DNA from: Antedon mediterranea
Taxonomy: Eukaryota > Animalia > Echinodermata
NCBI RefSeq assembly: GCF_964355755.1
Contig: NC_092679.1
Location: 7,532,201 to 7,596,200 of the forward strand
Direction: 5' to 3'
DNA length: 64,000 nt
Part shown: piece by piece, positions 11,201 to 24,262 of the stretch
How the letters are laid out: each line of letters begins with the position of its first letter
How positions within the stretch are numbered: the stretch's first letter is position 1
The notes under the pieces: model-generated
The model's database searches: none
What the model saw: only the letters and a program-made list of their open reading frames with translations
Told to the model about the DNA's origin: nothing
Made by a program: the position numbers and the translations under genes

Positions 11201-13399
11201 ATGGATAAACAAATGAATAGATTAGCAAATTAATGGATAAATAAATGAAATGCATGAGACCGACCATGGAGGAAACAATATACAGTATATTTTCTCTATG
11301 TATAGATGGATGACAAGTAAAAATGACCAATAAGATTAATTACATATTTATAATTTAGCTTGTAGGAGCAGCTTTTGGGGCTGCAGGTCAGCGATGTATG
11401 GCTCTGTCTACTGCTGTGTTTGTTGCTGAGGCCAAGGACTGGATCCCAGACTTGTTGGAACGCTCAAAGAAATTGAAGGTTAATTCTGGTAAGTCAAACA
11501 CTGCACTTATATTTCAGGAAATAAGAATTAGATTATGAAAGTCTTCAGTTCGATTAAACAATTCTATGTGGCCAATGCATATTCAGAACTCTCATACTAA
11601 TATGTCTGCTGCTAATGTATGCCAAACTAGATTAGAGATGACCAAACTATATTTTTTTCTTTGAATTCAGGCGATCAGCCCGGTGCTGATTTGGGACCTG
11701 TAATTTCACCTCAAGCCAAGGATCGAATTTGTTCACTGGTTCAATCTGGTGTTGATGAGGGCGCTAATCTTTTGCTTGATGGACGTAATGTGTCAGTTCC
11801 AGGATACGAAAAAGGCAACTTTGTTGGTCCTACTATATTAACAGATGTTAAGGTAAATGATAATATACCATAATATAGTATACACACAACAAATTTTTAT
11901 GAGTGCGATGTTATAAATAATTTCAAGTTATAATATACCATAATATAGTACAGATTTATTGTATTTATTTTGATACTACAGTCTTCTTTGGGGTACCCTA
12001 TTAAAAGGAAACCTTCAAACTTTATGTGACAAAAAATGTGATGATATGGACATGATGATGTCATATCACTACCATATCTGGGCACTTTATTGGTCAAACG
12101 TAGTTTGATAGTGTAGACAAAGCTTAAGAAACAATCAAGGTGGAAATATATTACACTTTGGTCAACACCTATCCTGTCATGTCCTCCCACACACCTTAAC
12201 ATTGGTTGCACAGTATTATCATATGTCATGATTTTTGTATTGGAAATTAATTACTGGCGTACTGGAGAATTGTATTGAGAATTCACTAAGCACAAGGAGG
12301 CACCTATTGTCCTTTTAGCCTGACATGGAATGTTACAGAGAAGAAATCTTTGGACCTGTGCTCTGTGTTCTAACAGTAGACACTCTGGATGAAGCTGTTG
12401 ATCTGATCAACAACAATAGATACGGCAACGGAACTGCTATCTTTACAACAAATGGAGCAACAGCAAGGAGATACACAGAAAAAATTGATGTTGGTCAGGT
12501 ATGTTGAGGACCGTGTCAAAATTGTTATTACACTAACTACATTCTTTTTACTCCTATTTATACAATTATTTAGCAGGATGGAGGAGGAGTGTGACGGAAT
12601 TATCATACACAGTCTTTAATCCAATGACTGCCTCCTTCTAGAAATAAATTATTGCAGTAAAAAAATGTAGTTACTGCAGTAATTGCAGTAAAATAATTTT
12701 GAAATGATCCCTGGTAGTTACTACAGTACAAATTTTACCGTGATAAAGGGGCCAGTTTGGTTTTCTCCTTATTGAGATGCATAATTATAAATACATTTTA
12801 TATGATGCAACAAATATTTATGATCCAGACAAGCAGCAGTGCATTAATGTTTATGTTTATTTTACTATTAGGTTGGGGTGAATGTTCCCATCCCAGTACC
12901 ATTGCCAATGTTTTCATTTACTGGTTCAAGAGGCTCATTTATGGGAGACACTAATTTCTATGGCAAACAGGTAAGTTGTTTGTAAATGGTGTATTATATA
13001 CGATATATGACCAATGAGTATAATCCCAACCCCTGAGTATAATCCCACATTTGTTGCCTATTTAAAATAAATTGTGATATTTTGCCATTATTTTTATGTA
13101 TTAAATAAAGAATTTAGGTTATAATTCAGACACAATAGTTGTGGTAAATGGGTTTTTGCCAAATTTATTACTTGGGTCATATACATTATATAAATTCTGG
13201 ATGCAGTGAGTGATCTGGCTTACTTGGGTCATATACATTATGCAAATGCTGGATGCAGTGAGTGAGTGACCTGGCTTTGATTTTCTTTTGATTTCAGGGA
13301 ATAAACTTTTACACCCAAATAAAGACGGTAACACAACTTTGGAAAGAAGAAGACGTCACCCACTCGAGGGCAGCTGTCGCTATGCCAGTGATGAAGTAA
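5242..13399 (+). CDS. ALDH6A1: Methylmalonate-semialdehyde dehydrogenase (acylating), mitochondrial; 14 coding exons
   Basis: Exons 5242-5277, 6728-6766, 6876-6950, 7382-7543, 7866-7944, 8277-8400, 8590-8620, 8893-9040, 10785-10966, 11359-11488, 11671-11852, 12319-12498, 12872-12970 and 13298-13399 join in frame. Motifs: [52 protein letters not shown] (catalytic Cys), [17 protein letters not shown]. The Arg-rich N-terminus looks like a transit peptide; exons 1-2 are less certain. Confidence 0.95.
5390..6292. mobile_element. Foldback-type non-autonomous DNA transposon with 16-bp subterminal tandem repeats (Mutator/Phantom-like) in ALDH6A1 intron 1
   Basis: The left arm (caagtcaactcggccg)n at 5400-5625 is the inverse of the right arm at 6138-6285. 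GGG...CCC ends; 7-bp direct repeat GTTAGTA at 5383-5389 and 6293-6299. Confidence 0.75.
7170..7310 (+). mobile_element. Degenerate SINE remnant
   Basis: B-box-like gttcaattcc followed by ctgtaaatgagtacctgg, a core seen in invertebrate SINEs (from recall). Confidence 0.35.
7986..8163. mobile_element. PIF/Harbinger-like MITE
   Basis: Imperfect TIRs gcttgattcacactaga / ctactgagaaccaagc, flanked by TAA on both sides. Confidence 0.55.
9085..9190 (+). mobile_element. tRNA-derived SINE fragment
   Basis: A-box-like tggtggttaagtag and B-box gggttcgatcc (9146-9156); no complete cloverleaf. Confidence 0.4.
9210..10661. mobile_element. Old composite DNA-transposon remnant filling ALDH6A1 intron 8
   Basis: Degenerate TIRs tgctggggtagcact / agtgcgagcccagtg with ATGA on both flanks; repeated gccaaaatggctaaag near both ends; CpG-rich interior; 9540-9630 resembles 27545-27630. 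Confidence 0.45.
12015..12124. mobile_element. Harbinger-like MITE family A, 5'-truncated copy
   Basis: Ends tttgatagtgtagacaaagct; same family as 37461-37620, 38869-38976 and 49936-50035. Confidence 0.6.
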
Positions 13400-16300
13400 A
13401 CAAATTAAAACACAACAAGCAATTCATTTTTGTTTTGTGAAATATAATGGGGACAATCAAAACCAGATAGGGTTATAAAAAATTATTATATCCGGTTAAT
13501 GAACAAGAATGTGCATCTTTTAATTTTCAAGGATCTAGAAAGTAGTTTTTTGGGACATTGTGATATGCTTTGTTACTCCTCTGTCCGGTTTGGTGTATTC
13601 TATTATGACCAACGACTCACTATGCATAGATCATTGCAAATCAAAGGCTCCCTGTTATTGAAATGATATTCTTTTTGACTAAGACTGTATCGAATCATGA
13701 GGCTAAATAGATTGTTGTCTTACAAATTATTCTTGTTATATTAATACATTGACAATAAATACAATATATTTTGACAATCTACCCATATTGGGTGTCAATA
13801 TAATGCCAGTATATGCCCACATGAGTCCATAACCATATGATAATTATGTGCCTATATTACATCATTGAAATAATAAGCAATTGTAAATTATGAAATTATT
13901 AATATTCTACTGGCTTTGATTTAAGCTGTCCGTGGGTGTATTGGCACTCCTAAATCTGTATTCTATTTTGGTACAAGGCATTGCACTTCCATACTCTAGT
14001 ACAAAGTCCACCCACACACTGACGACCACAGTCCGCGTCAATGTTAAAATAAACATTTAATTTACTCAGATGGTAAATACATTTCATAAATTAACATTGC
14101 ATCATCACTGGTTTTTAACATATAATGTTAAAGTAGTAGATTTAATTGAATCAACCTAGAAGATTTGATATATTTTTGTGTGGATACATGATATATTTAT
14201 TACATAATAGTTTACTAATACATGTACAGTACTTAGAAATAAGAAGAGTACATGTAGAAATATTAATGAAAGTTTTCCTGATAAGCTTTCCTTGTAAGTC
14301 AATTAATTCCACCCTTTTTAAGCCTTGAACAAAGGAATAACAGATAGATAGTATTCTTTAAACATTGATAAAGTATTATTTCTTGGGACAGGATGGTAAA
14401 TAAATATTCTTTCAAAGAAACTTCTGATTGTCAATTGTGGTGTCTTATTTTAGAATACTGTACAGGAATATTTCCTGTATTTCTATTGGTTTATTTCAAA
14501 TTAACTATTTATTCTTGTTTTTGTTCTTGTTATTATTAACTTTTCATTACTAAGGATCTCTGCTTAACAGTATTTCCATTACGGCTGATGACCTTTTTGT
14601 ACTTTCATGGAATAAAAATTAATTTGATACTCTTCCCTGGTTTTGCAAACAAATTCAAATACTGTATTGTCTGTGCAAAATGGCCTATTCAATGTTTGAT
14701 TATATTTTCCATTTTTTGTGGAACAATACATTTTTAAAATAAAGGGACCTTTCTTAGATCATAGAAACTTAGAAACACTACATATTCTTTGTTTAATAAC
14801 TTGAGGTTAAAAACCATAATCCTAATACGTGATACAAGGAGTGTCTGAATATTATAGGAGTAAACACATCTGGTTTTTGGCGATAAAAAACTAGAGTGGA
14901 CAGGATGTAGGTGTGACCACGGTATTAACATTGCTAGTTAATGAAAACAAAAGCTGTTGGTTTATTAAATAAACAGAAATATAGAATAATTCATATGTTT
15001 CAATGTCAAGTGATAAAAAGGGGAGAAAATGTAATACATATCCCCTGAGAGTTTGTAAGTGATTTTACATTAGTTAGTTTTAACATCTGTTGTAAACTTA
15101 GTTGATTTTCCGCACATATATACATATATATACAACAAAGAATGTACTTTTTGTAAACTTCTTTCTATTTGGGTGTAGAGAAAGCTCGTACATCACAATA
15201 ATCTTGTAATCATATTATGTATTACGATGGAATATTTAATGGAGAATTGTTAACTTTTTATTTAAAAAATCAAAATACAGTATACACAATGAAATGGATT
15301 TGTATCATTAAAAGAAAATACTACATGGACTTATTCAACAAAGAATGTATGCATAAGAAGATGTGGTCAATGTACAGGGAGCCAGGATTAAGATGTTACC
15401 CACAATATAGATGTGAACCAGGATATTGAGGTGTGACTTGGATGAAGGTGCGACCTAGGATCAGGATAGAAGTGTACCATAATACACACAGGAAATAGGT
15501 GGGATAACTAGTGGTTGTGTTTAAGGAAAGGTATCTTTTCTTTGATGCCTTTAATCCATCTTCCTGTATGAATTCTACGAATTAATGTCAATGGTAATAG
15601 AAGAAAACCACATCCGATACTCTTTAATAAATAAGATAAACAAATAAATAACAAATTACAACATGTGTATTACTGTATTCAATATTGATTAATGTACATC
15701 AGAGAAATAATTTTTTTCTATATTATTTCGAAAGCACTAATAATTAATAGCTTTAACATGCACAAAAAATCATTATCATTTCATAAATATTAATTAATGT
15801 ACGTTAACAACCATTATAAATTTAACTACTTCCTATGACGTCATAAACCTAAAGGCAAAAAGCGTATTATTAGCAATATGCTGATTAAAGTACATTACAA
15901 GTAGGTGTAGGTTGTATTGCTTGGAAAAAAAATTGTAATTAGTACTATTAAGAAACAAGAAAAAGAGTTTCTTTGAATATATATAAATATATATTGGCTG
16001 TATGAACGGTTCAATGCTGTATTAGCACTAGCTCTAAAGAACGATAACAAGAGAACTGTTGAAGACTAAAGAAAATATGAACTATCCTATGTCCGGTGTT
16101 TAATCCTGACCTAGTGCCGGGGTAACACACAACTCTTTCAACTCGAAATAAGACTTAGTGTTATAAGCACGATAAATGATTAAATAGTTTATCCATCCTG
16201 TAATTGGCAAGTTACTAGCTGTTAAAATCAAATGTAACACGGGATCACTTGACACACACCCGGCCCGTGACAGGAATACTGTATGTCCTAACAACGATGA

Positions 16301-16937
16301 AGCATAACAAAGAAAAATGAGAAGAAAAAGTATTGCTCCGCAGCTGCCACATAATAGAGTCGCAACATTTGTAGTTTGAATTTTAATAAAACAAATAAAA
16401 AAGGATTTCAGTTTTATGCTTATTTCAGTATTACTTAATGGTCTCATTTCGTAATTATTATCATCATGATATCCCTTTTTGTTCTTCTCCATCAATTAGC
16501 CTAAATTACTGTATGCCAACCCCCTCTCCAAACCTTTTTAGCTTCTATATCGATTAATATAAGCCTAGCTTAAAATAAACTTAAGTAAGCTTTAATATTC
16601 CAACTGTATGAACTGTATGAGTCATCATAGCCCCTGTATGCAAAAATGACACCGAGAAACAATCTCAAGGGAGGTATCATCGTTAGCGTTAGTAATGAAA
16701 CTGCAATCATAATGATCTTCAGTTATTGGTTGATGGTGAATAACCATGACCTGTAATTGGACGATATGCATCATTGATTTATCACTGATTGGACAGTTTA
16801 CATGAATATTCCAACAGCTGACAAATTTGAGGTATTAAAATAATGTTTTAATATCGAATCAAAAAATATGAAGCTTTTACTTCGAAATTTAATATTGTAT
16901 GGTATAATTGAGGTAGGAAGATTAAATAATAATAACA

Positions 16938-17761
16938 CAATAGAACCCTTTTTTGAGACACCCCCATGCAGGGAACACTTTCCCATGAAAAATGATGAGG
17001 GAAAATAAAAGTTTCAACACTACAGGCTAGCACTATTCAGGAAACAGCTCTATTGAGGGGACACTTTCCCATGAATGATGAGGGAAAATAAAAGTTTCAA
17101 CACTACAGGCTAGCACTATTCAGGGAACAGCTCTATTGAGGGGACACTTTCCCATGAATGATGAGGGAAAATAAAAGTTTCAACACTACAGGCTACCACT
17201 ATTCAGGAAACAGCTCTATTGAGGGGACACTTTCCCATGAAAAATGATGAGGGAAAGTAAAAGTTTCAACACTACAGGCTAGCACTATTCAGGGAACAGC
17301 TCTATTGAGGGGACACTTTCCCATGAAAAATGATGAGGGAAAATAAAAGTTTCAACACTACAGGCTAGCACTATTCAGGAAACAGCTCTATTGAGGGGAC
17401 ACTTTCCCATGAATGATGAGGGAAAGTAAAAGTTTCAACACTACAGGCTACCACTATTCAGGGAACAGCTCTATTGAGGGGACACTTTCCCATGAATGAT
17501 GAGGGAAAGTAAAAGTTTCAACACTACAGGCTACCACTATTCAGGAAACAGCTCTATTGAGGGGACACTTTCCCATGAATGATGAGGGAAAGTAAAAGTT
17601 TCAACACTACAGGCTACCACTATTCAGGGAACAGCTCTATTGAGGGGACACTTTCCCATGAATGATGAGGGAAAGTAAAAGTTTCAACACTACAGGCTAC
17701 CACTATTCAGGGAACAGCTCTATTGACACTTTGTCAGTCCCCTTAAAAAAGGCTTGTACTG
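16938..17761. repeat. 83/86-bp minisatellite (~9 units) inside a Tc1/pogo-like MITE
   Basis: Unit gggacactttcccatgaa(aaa)tgatgagggaaa...ctctattgag recurs at 16975, 17061, 17144, 17227, 17313, 17399, 17482, 17565 and 17648. Bounded by caatagaaccctttt and aaaaggcttgtactg. Confidence 0.9.
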
Positions 17762-18227
17762 TAATGCTAAAAATACATCATGTATTAAATAAAGAATTGA
17801 TTTAACAGTATTAGTTATTTCACTAAATCATTGCCAGCAGATGTGAGTGATAGTGGGAAATCACACAAGTCTGAATGAGAATGAAGACTTGACAAAGACT
17901 AATAAAAAACAACATTAATAATAACCAACATTAGTTTGAACATTCTATGTTGACATTGTCCAACACAGTTCTTTAATTGTAGACAATGCAATATAACAAT
18001 TTAGGATACAGCCATTTGATCAACAATTTGTATTATAGTGAAAACAAACACTGAATTATTTTGTCATTTTTAGAATAAAAATAATATCATTTAAAACATA
18101 GTTTTGCATAATAAATATTAACATTATAAGTTTTATATCGATGGGTAATAATGCTCTGTTTAAAATTCTGAATACAAATTGTATTGAAAAATGTCAGTAT
18201 GACAAATTTATTGGTATGAAAAAATCT

Positions 18228-18358
18228 ATTTCAATTGATTTGTTTTCAATTGATCAGGTGCGTGATAATATTTCAATTGATCAGGTGGTAATATTTCAAT
18301 TGATCAGGTGATAACATTTCAATTGATCAGGTGATAACATTTCAATTGATCAGGTGAT
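18228..18358. repeat. ~23-bp tandem repeat
   Basis: atttcaattgatcaggtgataac, about 5-6 degenerate copies. Confidence 0.8.
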
Positions 18359-21300
18359 GATAAAAAAAAGCAGCAAGCAACAAAATCACATAAATGTCTT
18401 GTCTTATATTAACAATTCAAATGCACTTTCTTAAGGAAGCATGACACATTACTGAAGGTACTGCAGTATATTTGGAAGCAATGATTAACATAAGGATTTG
18501 TATGTAAAGCTACATATTAAAGCTGCAATTAAAATGACATTAATGTTACAATGCAATAACAATGTGAACATATTAAATGTCTTTCCTTACATTAAAAGTG
18601 CCGGTTTTCTTATGTGAAAGTTAGGACACTGTTAATTCGTCTGTAAACTGTCTGAATATACATGTTGCAATACAATATTGTTAAATACAGCAGTTTCATT
18701 TTAAATGAATACATTATTGCATACGAAAATACAACAAAGCATAAGAAAATACAATAAAAGAGCATAGTCATGAACATAACTGTTGTATCATGGTGGTAGC
18801 AAGAAAACAGGAATAACAACACTGGACAACATGCCAAACGAGAGTTTTAAGATATTTGTTAACTCATTCAATAACTAAAACAGGTATGCCAACAACACTC
18901 CTACAAGCTGACAACATTCAAGTTGGTCCAATGTTTGTGAAGAACATTCATGAAACTAGGAATGTTATTAAAATTCTTATTATCCACATACTGTAGTCTA
19001 AATAACATTCTTATTATATATTATCTTTTAAAAAGCCAAAAACAACAAAATATTATAAATTACAGATTAAATATATTATTATACACTGTAGTGTTAAAGT
19101 GTGATATATATAGTTATAAATAATTTTTACTGTGTACAGTATTTATACAAAATATATAGCAAAACCAACAGGAGAAGATTGGACACTGCCACTTCTTGGC
19201 AAACTACTGGTTAAGTCCTAGTCGTTAGTCAATGAATTAATCAATGATATCTCAGATTAAAATATTATATTTAAAAATAATTTGCAGTGAATATACTTGA
19301 CTTAAGAGCGGAAGCAATTTATTTAAATAAGCCTTAACCTTGGTAGATACTAATTGTAATTATGCAGGTATATTTGGCGTATCATATTTGAACATGCTGT
19401 TTGGCACCATATGCTAGGATTTGTAATTACATAAAAAAATGATGGAAATATGTATTTAAGACTGATGCTGTTGTGGTAGTAGTGAATTTCACAACAAAAA
19501 CAACAGAAGAATAATAAAATATGTTTTTTATCGATTAATAAATATTATGATATTAAAGTAAAACACTTCGTTTCTATAGTAAATATTATAACTATTGTAT
19601 ATATAGAACTTTCTGAAAATACAAATAATTTTTTTTTTTAAATGGCATAAAATGAACAACATGAAAGGGAGCTTGTTCCTTAATAGCAAATGAATTTTCT
19701 TTAAAAGGATTAAGTAATAATACTGTTTACGGAAAGCCAAAAAAAGGGAAACCCAAAAAAAGGGGAAACCCAAAAAAAAGGGGAAATCCAAAAAGGGGAA
19801 ACCAAAAAGACCAATACATCTTTGAAATCTGTCGCTATTTTAACGCCTAAAAATGGAATTTGATTGTCCTCAGTTTAGGCTGTTCTCAGCTGGGATGTCC
19901 GCCCACTCAGTTTAACGTGATCAAACGCCAAGTTTATTGAACATAATGAATGCATCTGATCATGCATACGCATGGGCTGAATCGTAACCTTATATGTCAA
20001 CACTAAAACCAATTCAATCAGTTATCATTATTCCGATGTATATATTGTTATGCAAATATACAGTATTACAATTTATATAAAATTATTTTTGATTAATCTG
20101 TCAATTTTTATCAAAATATTATTTGATTTTTTACTTTTATACTGTAGATTAATTTTATTACAAGTTGTAGTTTTTACATTTTAAAACTCAATAACTAAAA
20201 AAATATATACAAGGTACACTATTCATCAGCAAGCATATCTACAGAATAGTGTCTTTAAACAAAATTATAAAATTCATTATAATACATGAACAAATACATT
20301 AAAATATATAACTATTAACAATAAAGAACTATATACAAACATACAGTAATAACAGTTTTTTTTACAATTATCGTCCGTCGTCCGTTGAACTCAGTGGATT
20401 CCGGAAATGAAACATGACACTGTGTGCATAATGTGCTTACAGTATTTTGTGAAAGATTCAATTCAAATATGTGTTTCATGAAATTTGGCACCAATTCCAG
20501 TTTTACTTTAACATGATGTTGTTATACTGTTAGCCTCCTAACTAATTGAGAAAAAACTGTTTCCGAACTAAACTTTGAGATTAAATTTTTTGAACAGACA
20601 TGTTTAATATATGACTGGCAATTGAATTAAGCTTGTGACACGTAACTACAGTACCTTAAGAAAAATAACGAGATAGAGTTCATAAAATTATAAGTGGAAA
20701 AAACTTAATGAGTTTAAAAAATAAGGTATTAAATAATGCTGTAGATCCTAGCATTTTTGTCGACACTGTTTCTGTGGGCCTGTTTCTGCTGTGAGCAACT
20801 GGACGAGTGGTTTACTTCCAAATAGAGTAACCAGTTAAATGTTACCAGTTATTGCTTAAAACAGTTACAGTACAATAATGTTAAGAAACAGAAATGCAAA
20901 ACATATTTTAAAATCTACAGTATAATCAAATAATGTTTTTCTGGAATACTGTATGCAGCAGAACAGGCCCAAGTATGCAAACTTGTGAGGTCCAACACTT
21001 AATTTTGAACTTTAAACAGACTGGCAAATATAAGCAAACATACCGAGCCTGTTGAATCGTATAGTATGGTGGAAAATGAAACCTGATGTTATTTTAGCGT
21101 AGGAGTAAAACAATACATACAAATCACACAATACCATTTGCCTTAAATTAAAATCAGGTTTTTTTACAACAGTACTGCAGTAATTAAATATTTTGTTAAG
21201 ATTCTTAAAATTAACCTGAAATACCAAAAAAACTCTGAATCAATATTTAACAGTTTTGATCTCAGTGGCTTGTTGTTTAACAATCAGTATACTGTAGTCT

Positions 21301-22939
21301 TGGACAAACATGTGGGCGGAGAGAATCTTCAAGATGAGGAGGTTTTTATGGTAACGTAGTAGTCATCTCTTTAAATAAAATTCAAATCACAACCACCATT
21401 CCAATTGACCTATAAAATAAAAACATACAAAGTTACAGTATTAACAAAAGCGGTAGTTAATATTAAACATACTACTGTATACAGTAGCCCATAAACAGTA
21501 AGCACTTAAACTAAAACATTACAGTATACTGAACTGACTTTAGAAACTTTCATTTTCTGTTACAGGAACCTTTCCTACAGTCAGGTACAACTGGTATAAC
21601 ATATTTTATTATACAATTTACTGTAGCAATGTCATGAGGCAGGAAACAATACTGTTGAAATTTGGGTTTTCGAAAAGTCGAAGTAAAAAAACCCAAAATG
21701 AACTCTGTGCATAAAACGAATTGATTCTAGCAATAAGGTGTTAATTATCATCATTAAAGAGTAAAAATTGTACCATACTGTAGATGGTGTAAATCATTTA
21801 ATAATGTTCATATCTAATAGTAGTGCAGTAGTCTGTAATTCTCAGAATACATTGTTACAGTATGTACAATGCAGTATGTTTTCTCTTTATGGAAATTTAT
21901 AAAAAGAATAAATGAAAAGTTCAGAAACTTCTGAATCTACAGTACAGTACAGTAGTTTATTTATTGGAACATCTGTTTAAACTACAATGTGAGGCAAGAT
22001 CTAAAAATATATTCAGGGGAAAACCTAAGGAAGCAATCATTATAACACAATAGTTTAAACAAACATTATATATAAGGTGAGGAATAAAAATATCAGGGGA
22101 AAACCTATTAGGAGATGAACATAATGATTGAACAATGGTATTTTATAAACTTCTGGAAAAGATCTATACTGTACACTTATGTGGAAATGGAAACAAAAGA
22201 GTAAAAAGTAAATCTAATCTTTCCTGTGTAAAAACCAAAAGCTAAATAACCACTTTTATTTGAAATAGAACAAAAGGTATTGTGTCGCCAACATAACATA
22301 AATTCTGTATTCAAAACATGCAAGATATTTTTAGGAAAGAAGTGATTGTGATTTTACAGTGATTTCGAACAATAGACCCTACCCTTGAATTTTCTACAAC
22401 AATAATTCTATACTGTAGATCTTGTAGAAATACCAAAGGATTAACAAACCACAATTGTATTGATTGAAGAAAAACTAATAAAAAGAAAACTTGACATCAA
22501 GAATCCTTGTAACGATTTTGAGAGCACTCTTCCAATGAATTCACTTCATAAGAATGTCCGAGACTTCCGCTACATAAACAATTAAATGATAACTAAAGAT
22601 TAAATAGTCTTGACTGACCGACCAAGACAAAGTAAGCAATTAAAACCACAAAAACTATGGGAACTAAGCTGGCAATTTCAAACTCATGACATTGATTAGC
22701 ATACTGCACATTACTGTAGCTCTAATGAACAATATTTAATTTATTTTCCAGAATATTTTTAAAACTTATCTATTTTATTCCAGTAGTCCACAAAAATAAT
22801 ATATTTATTAGACATACAGAATAACTATAGCAGCAGTAAACATTTTTACAGCATTTTAAAATTGAAAAAACCAAGTACTACAGTAATATTGCCATACTGT
22901 ATCTTCAGTAGTTGGCCAAGTGTATTAAGACACTAAATA

Positions 22940-23480
22940 ATTGACCTAATTTAAGGTCACACAGCCACTACATTTTATGTAAAACTAAATACTATATGGA
23001 CCTATTTCGATATTTTTTTCATCTTTAAATGGTTAAAAATGTGAAAAATAAGTCGATTCTAACAATTTGATTGTGATGTAATGCAACCACTTTGACCGAT
23101 CGCGTGAAAGGTAAACAAATAAAAGAGCCGCAACTTTTCAGCGAAAATACCAGGTCTTCCCTAGTTTGTACTGTATTAACAGAAAAAGTAAAGCAATGAG
23201 ACAACAACAGGCTAGGCCTATAGCGTACAATTTTCGTAAGTTACCACTCTTTACCAGCTACTGTAAGCCTACAAAACTAAGCCTAAGCTACAGTATTGTA
23301 GGCTTAAAAATGTCTACGAGAGAACTTTCGATGCAAGCTACTTAGGTAGTGCATTGGTTGGTTTTTCTCTTTTAATCATAATTAACCTTATAACGTAGAT
23401 TTAAGACAAGAAACGACCTGGTTTAAAGTTTTAAAATTTAAGTTAAACGCATTATTTTACAAAACGTCAACAATTACATA
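22940..23480 (-). mobile_element. Degenerate inverted copy of the Kolobok-like element at 26857-27482
   Basis: Colinear reverse-complement blocks, e.g. cttttcagcgaaaatacc, gcctacaaaactaagcct, gctacttaggtagtgcattg and atttaagacaag. The termini are eroded. Confidence 0.7.
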
Positions 23481-24262
23481 GGACTGTACACATCAAAAAT
23501 AAAGTTTTTTTTCCAACAATAACAATGTTGTAAATGTGATGTACTGTACAGCTTACAGACTTTGACCATGGACCTTTGACTACTGTATATAGGTTTACTA
23601 CAATAGGCTGAGCCAATAGCAGTGAGGTAACGTTGGGTCACAGACAAGTTGTGACTTGTTGGCAAAACAATGGCAGAGGAGTGTCTATTTACACACAGTC
23701 AACAAACAACCTAAGGCTTATGCAATAATAAGAAGACGCATTTGCTAGCTGGCCTATACAGTTTAGTCGATGTTTTACAGTACAAATGTCATATAATGTA
23801 ATAATTTCAATTAGAAATAGTGAATTTATTATGAATTAATTTATCTTAATCTCATCTACAGCGGGATGTCTCATTGAAAGGTGGTGTACTTTAAAAACCA
23901 GTGGGTGTCCTTCCTCGTGTAATATTATAACCCTAAAAATTAATTAAAATTCACATGGGACCTGCTATAGTGTTTTACAATATGTGCCTAAAATGGTAAA
24001 AAGCCTTCACAACTATCAAAGTACAGTGTATCATTCACCCAATGTCTAAACCACTGGTTCCTTAATCTGAAAACGAAAACTGAACACTTTTTATTATTTT
24101 AAAATTTGTTAGTAACTGTATTGAATTAATTAATCATGAATTAACTTAACGATATGAATGACAGTACTGTACACTACCATAACAAATTGACGTATCGTTA
24201 ATGTTAGTGTGGTATGTACAATTTTTTAAAAGTGTTTAAATTATATTTTTTACTTACAATTA

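Noticed and set aside
16975-17727. CRISPR array or tandem C/D snoRNA cluster (ATGATGA in each unit)
   Set aside because: Units are near-identical with no spacers, there is no CTGA D box, and the array lies within MITE ends.
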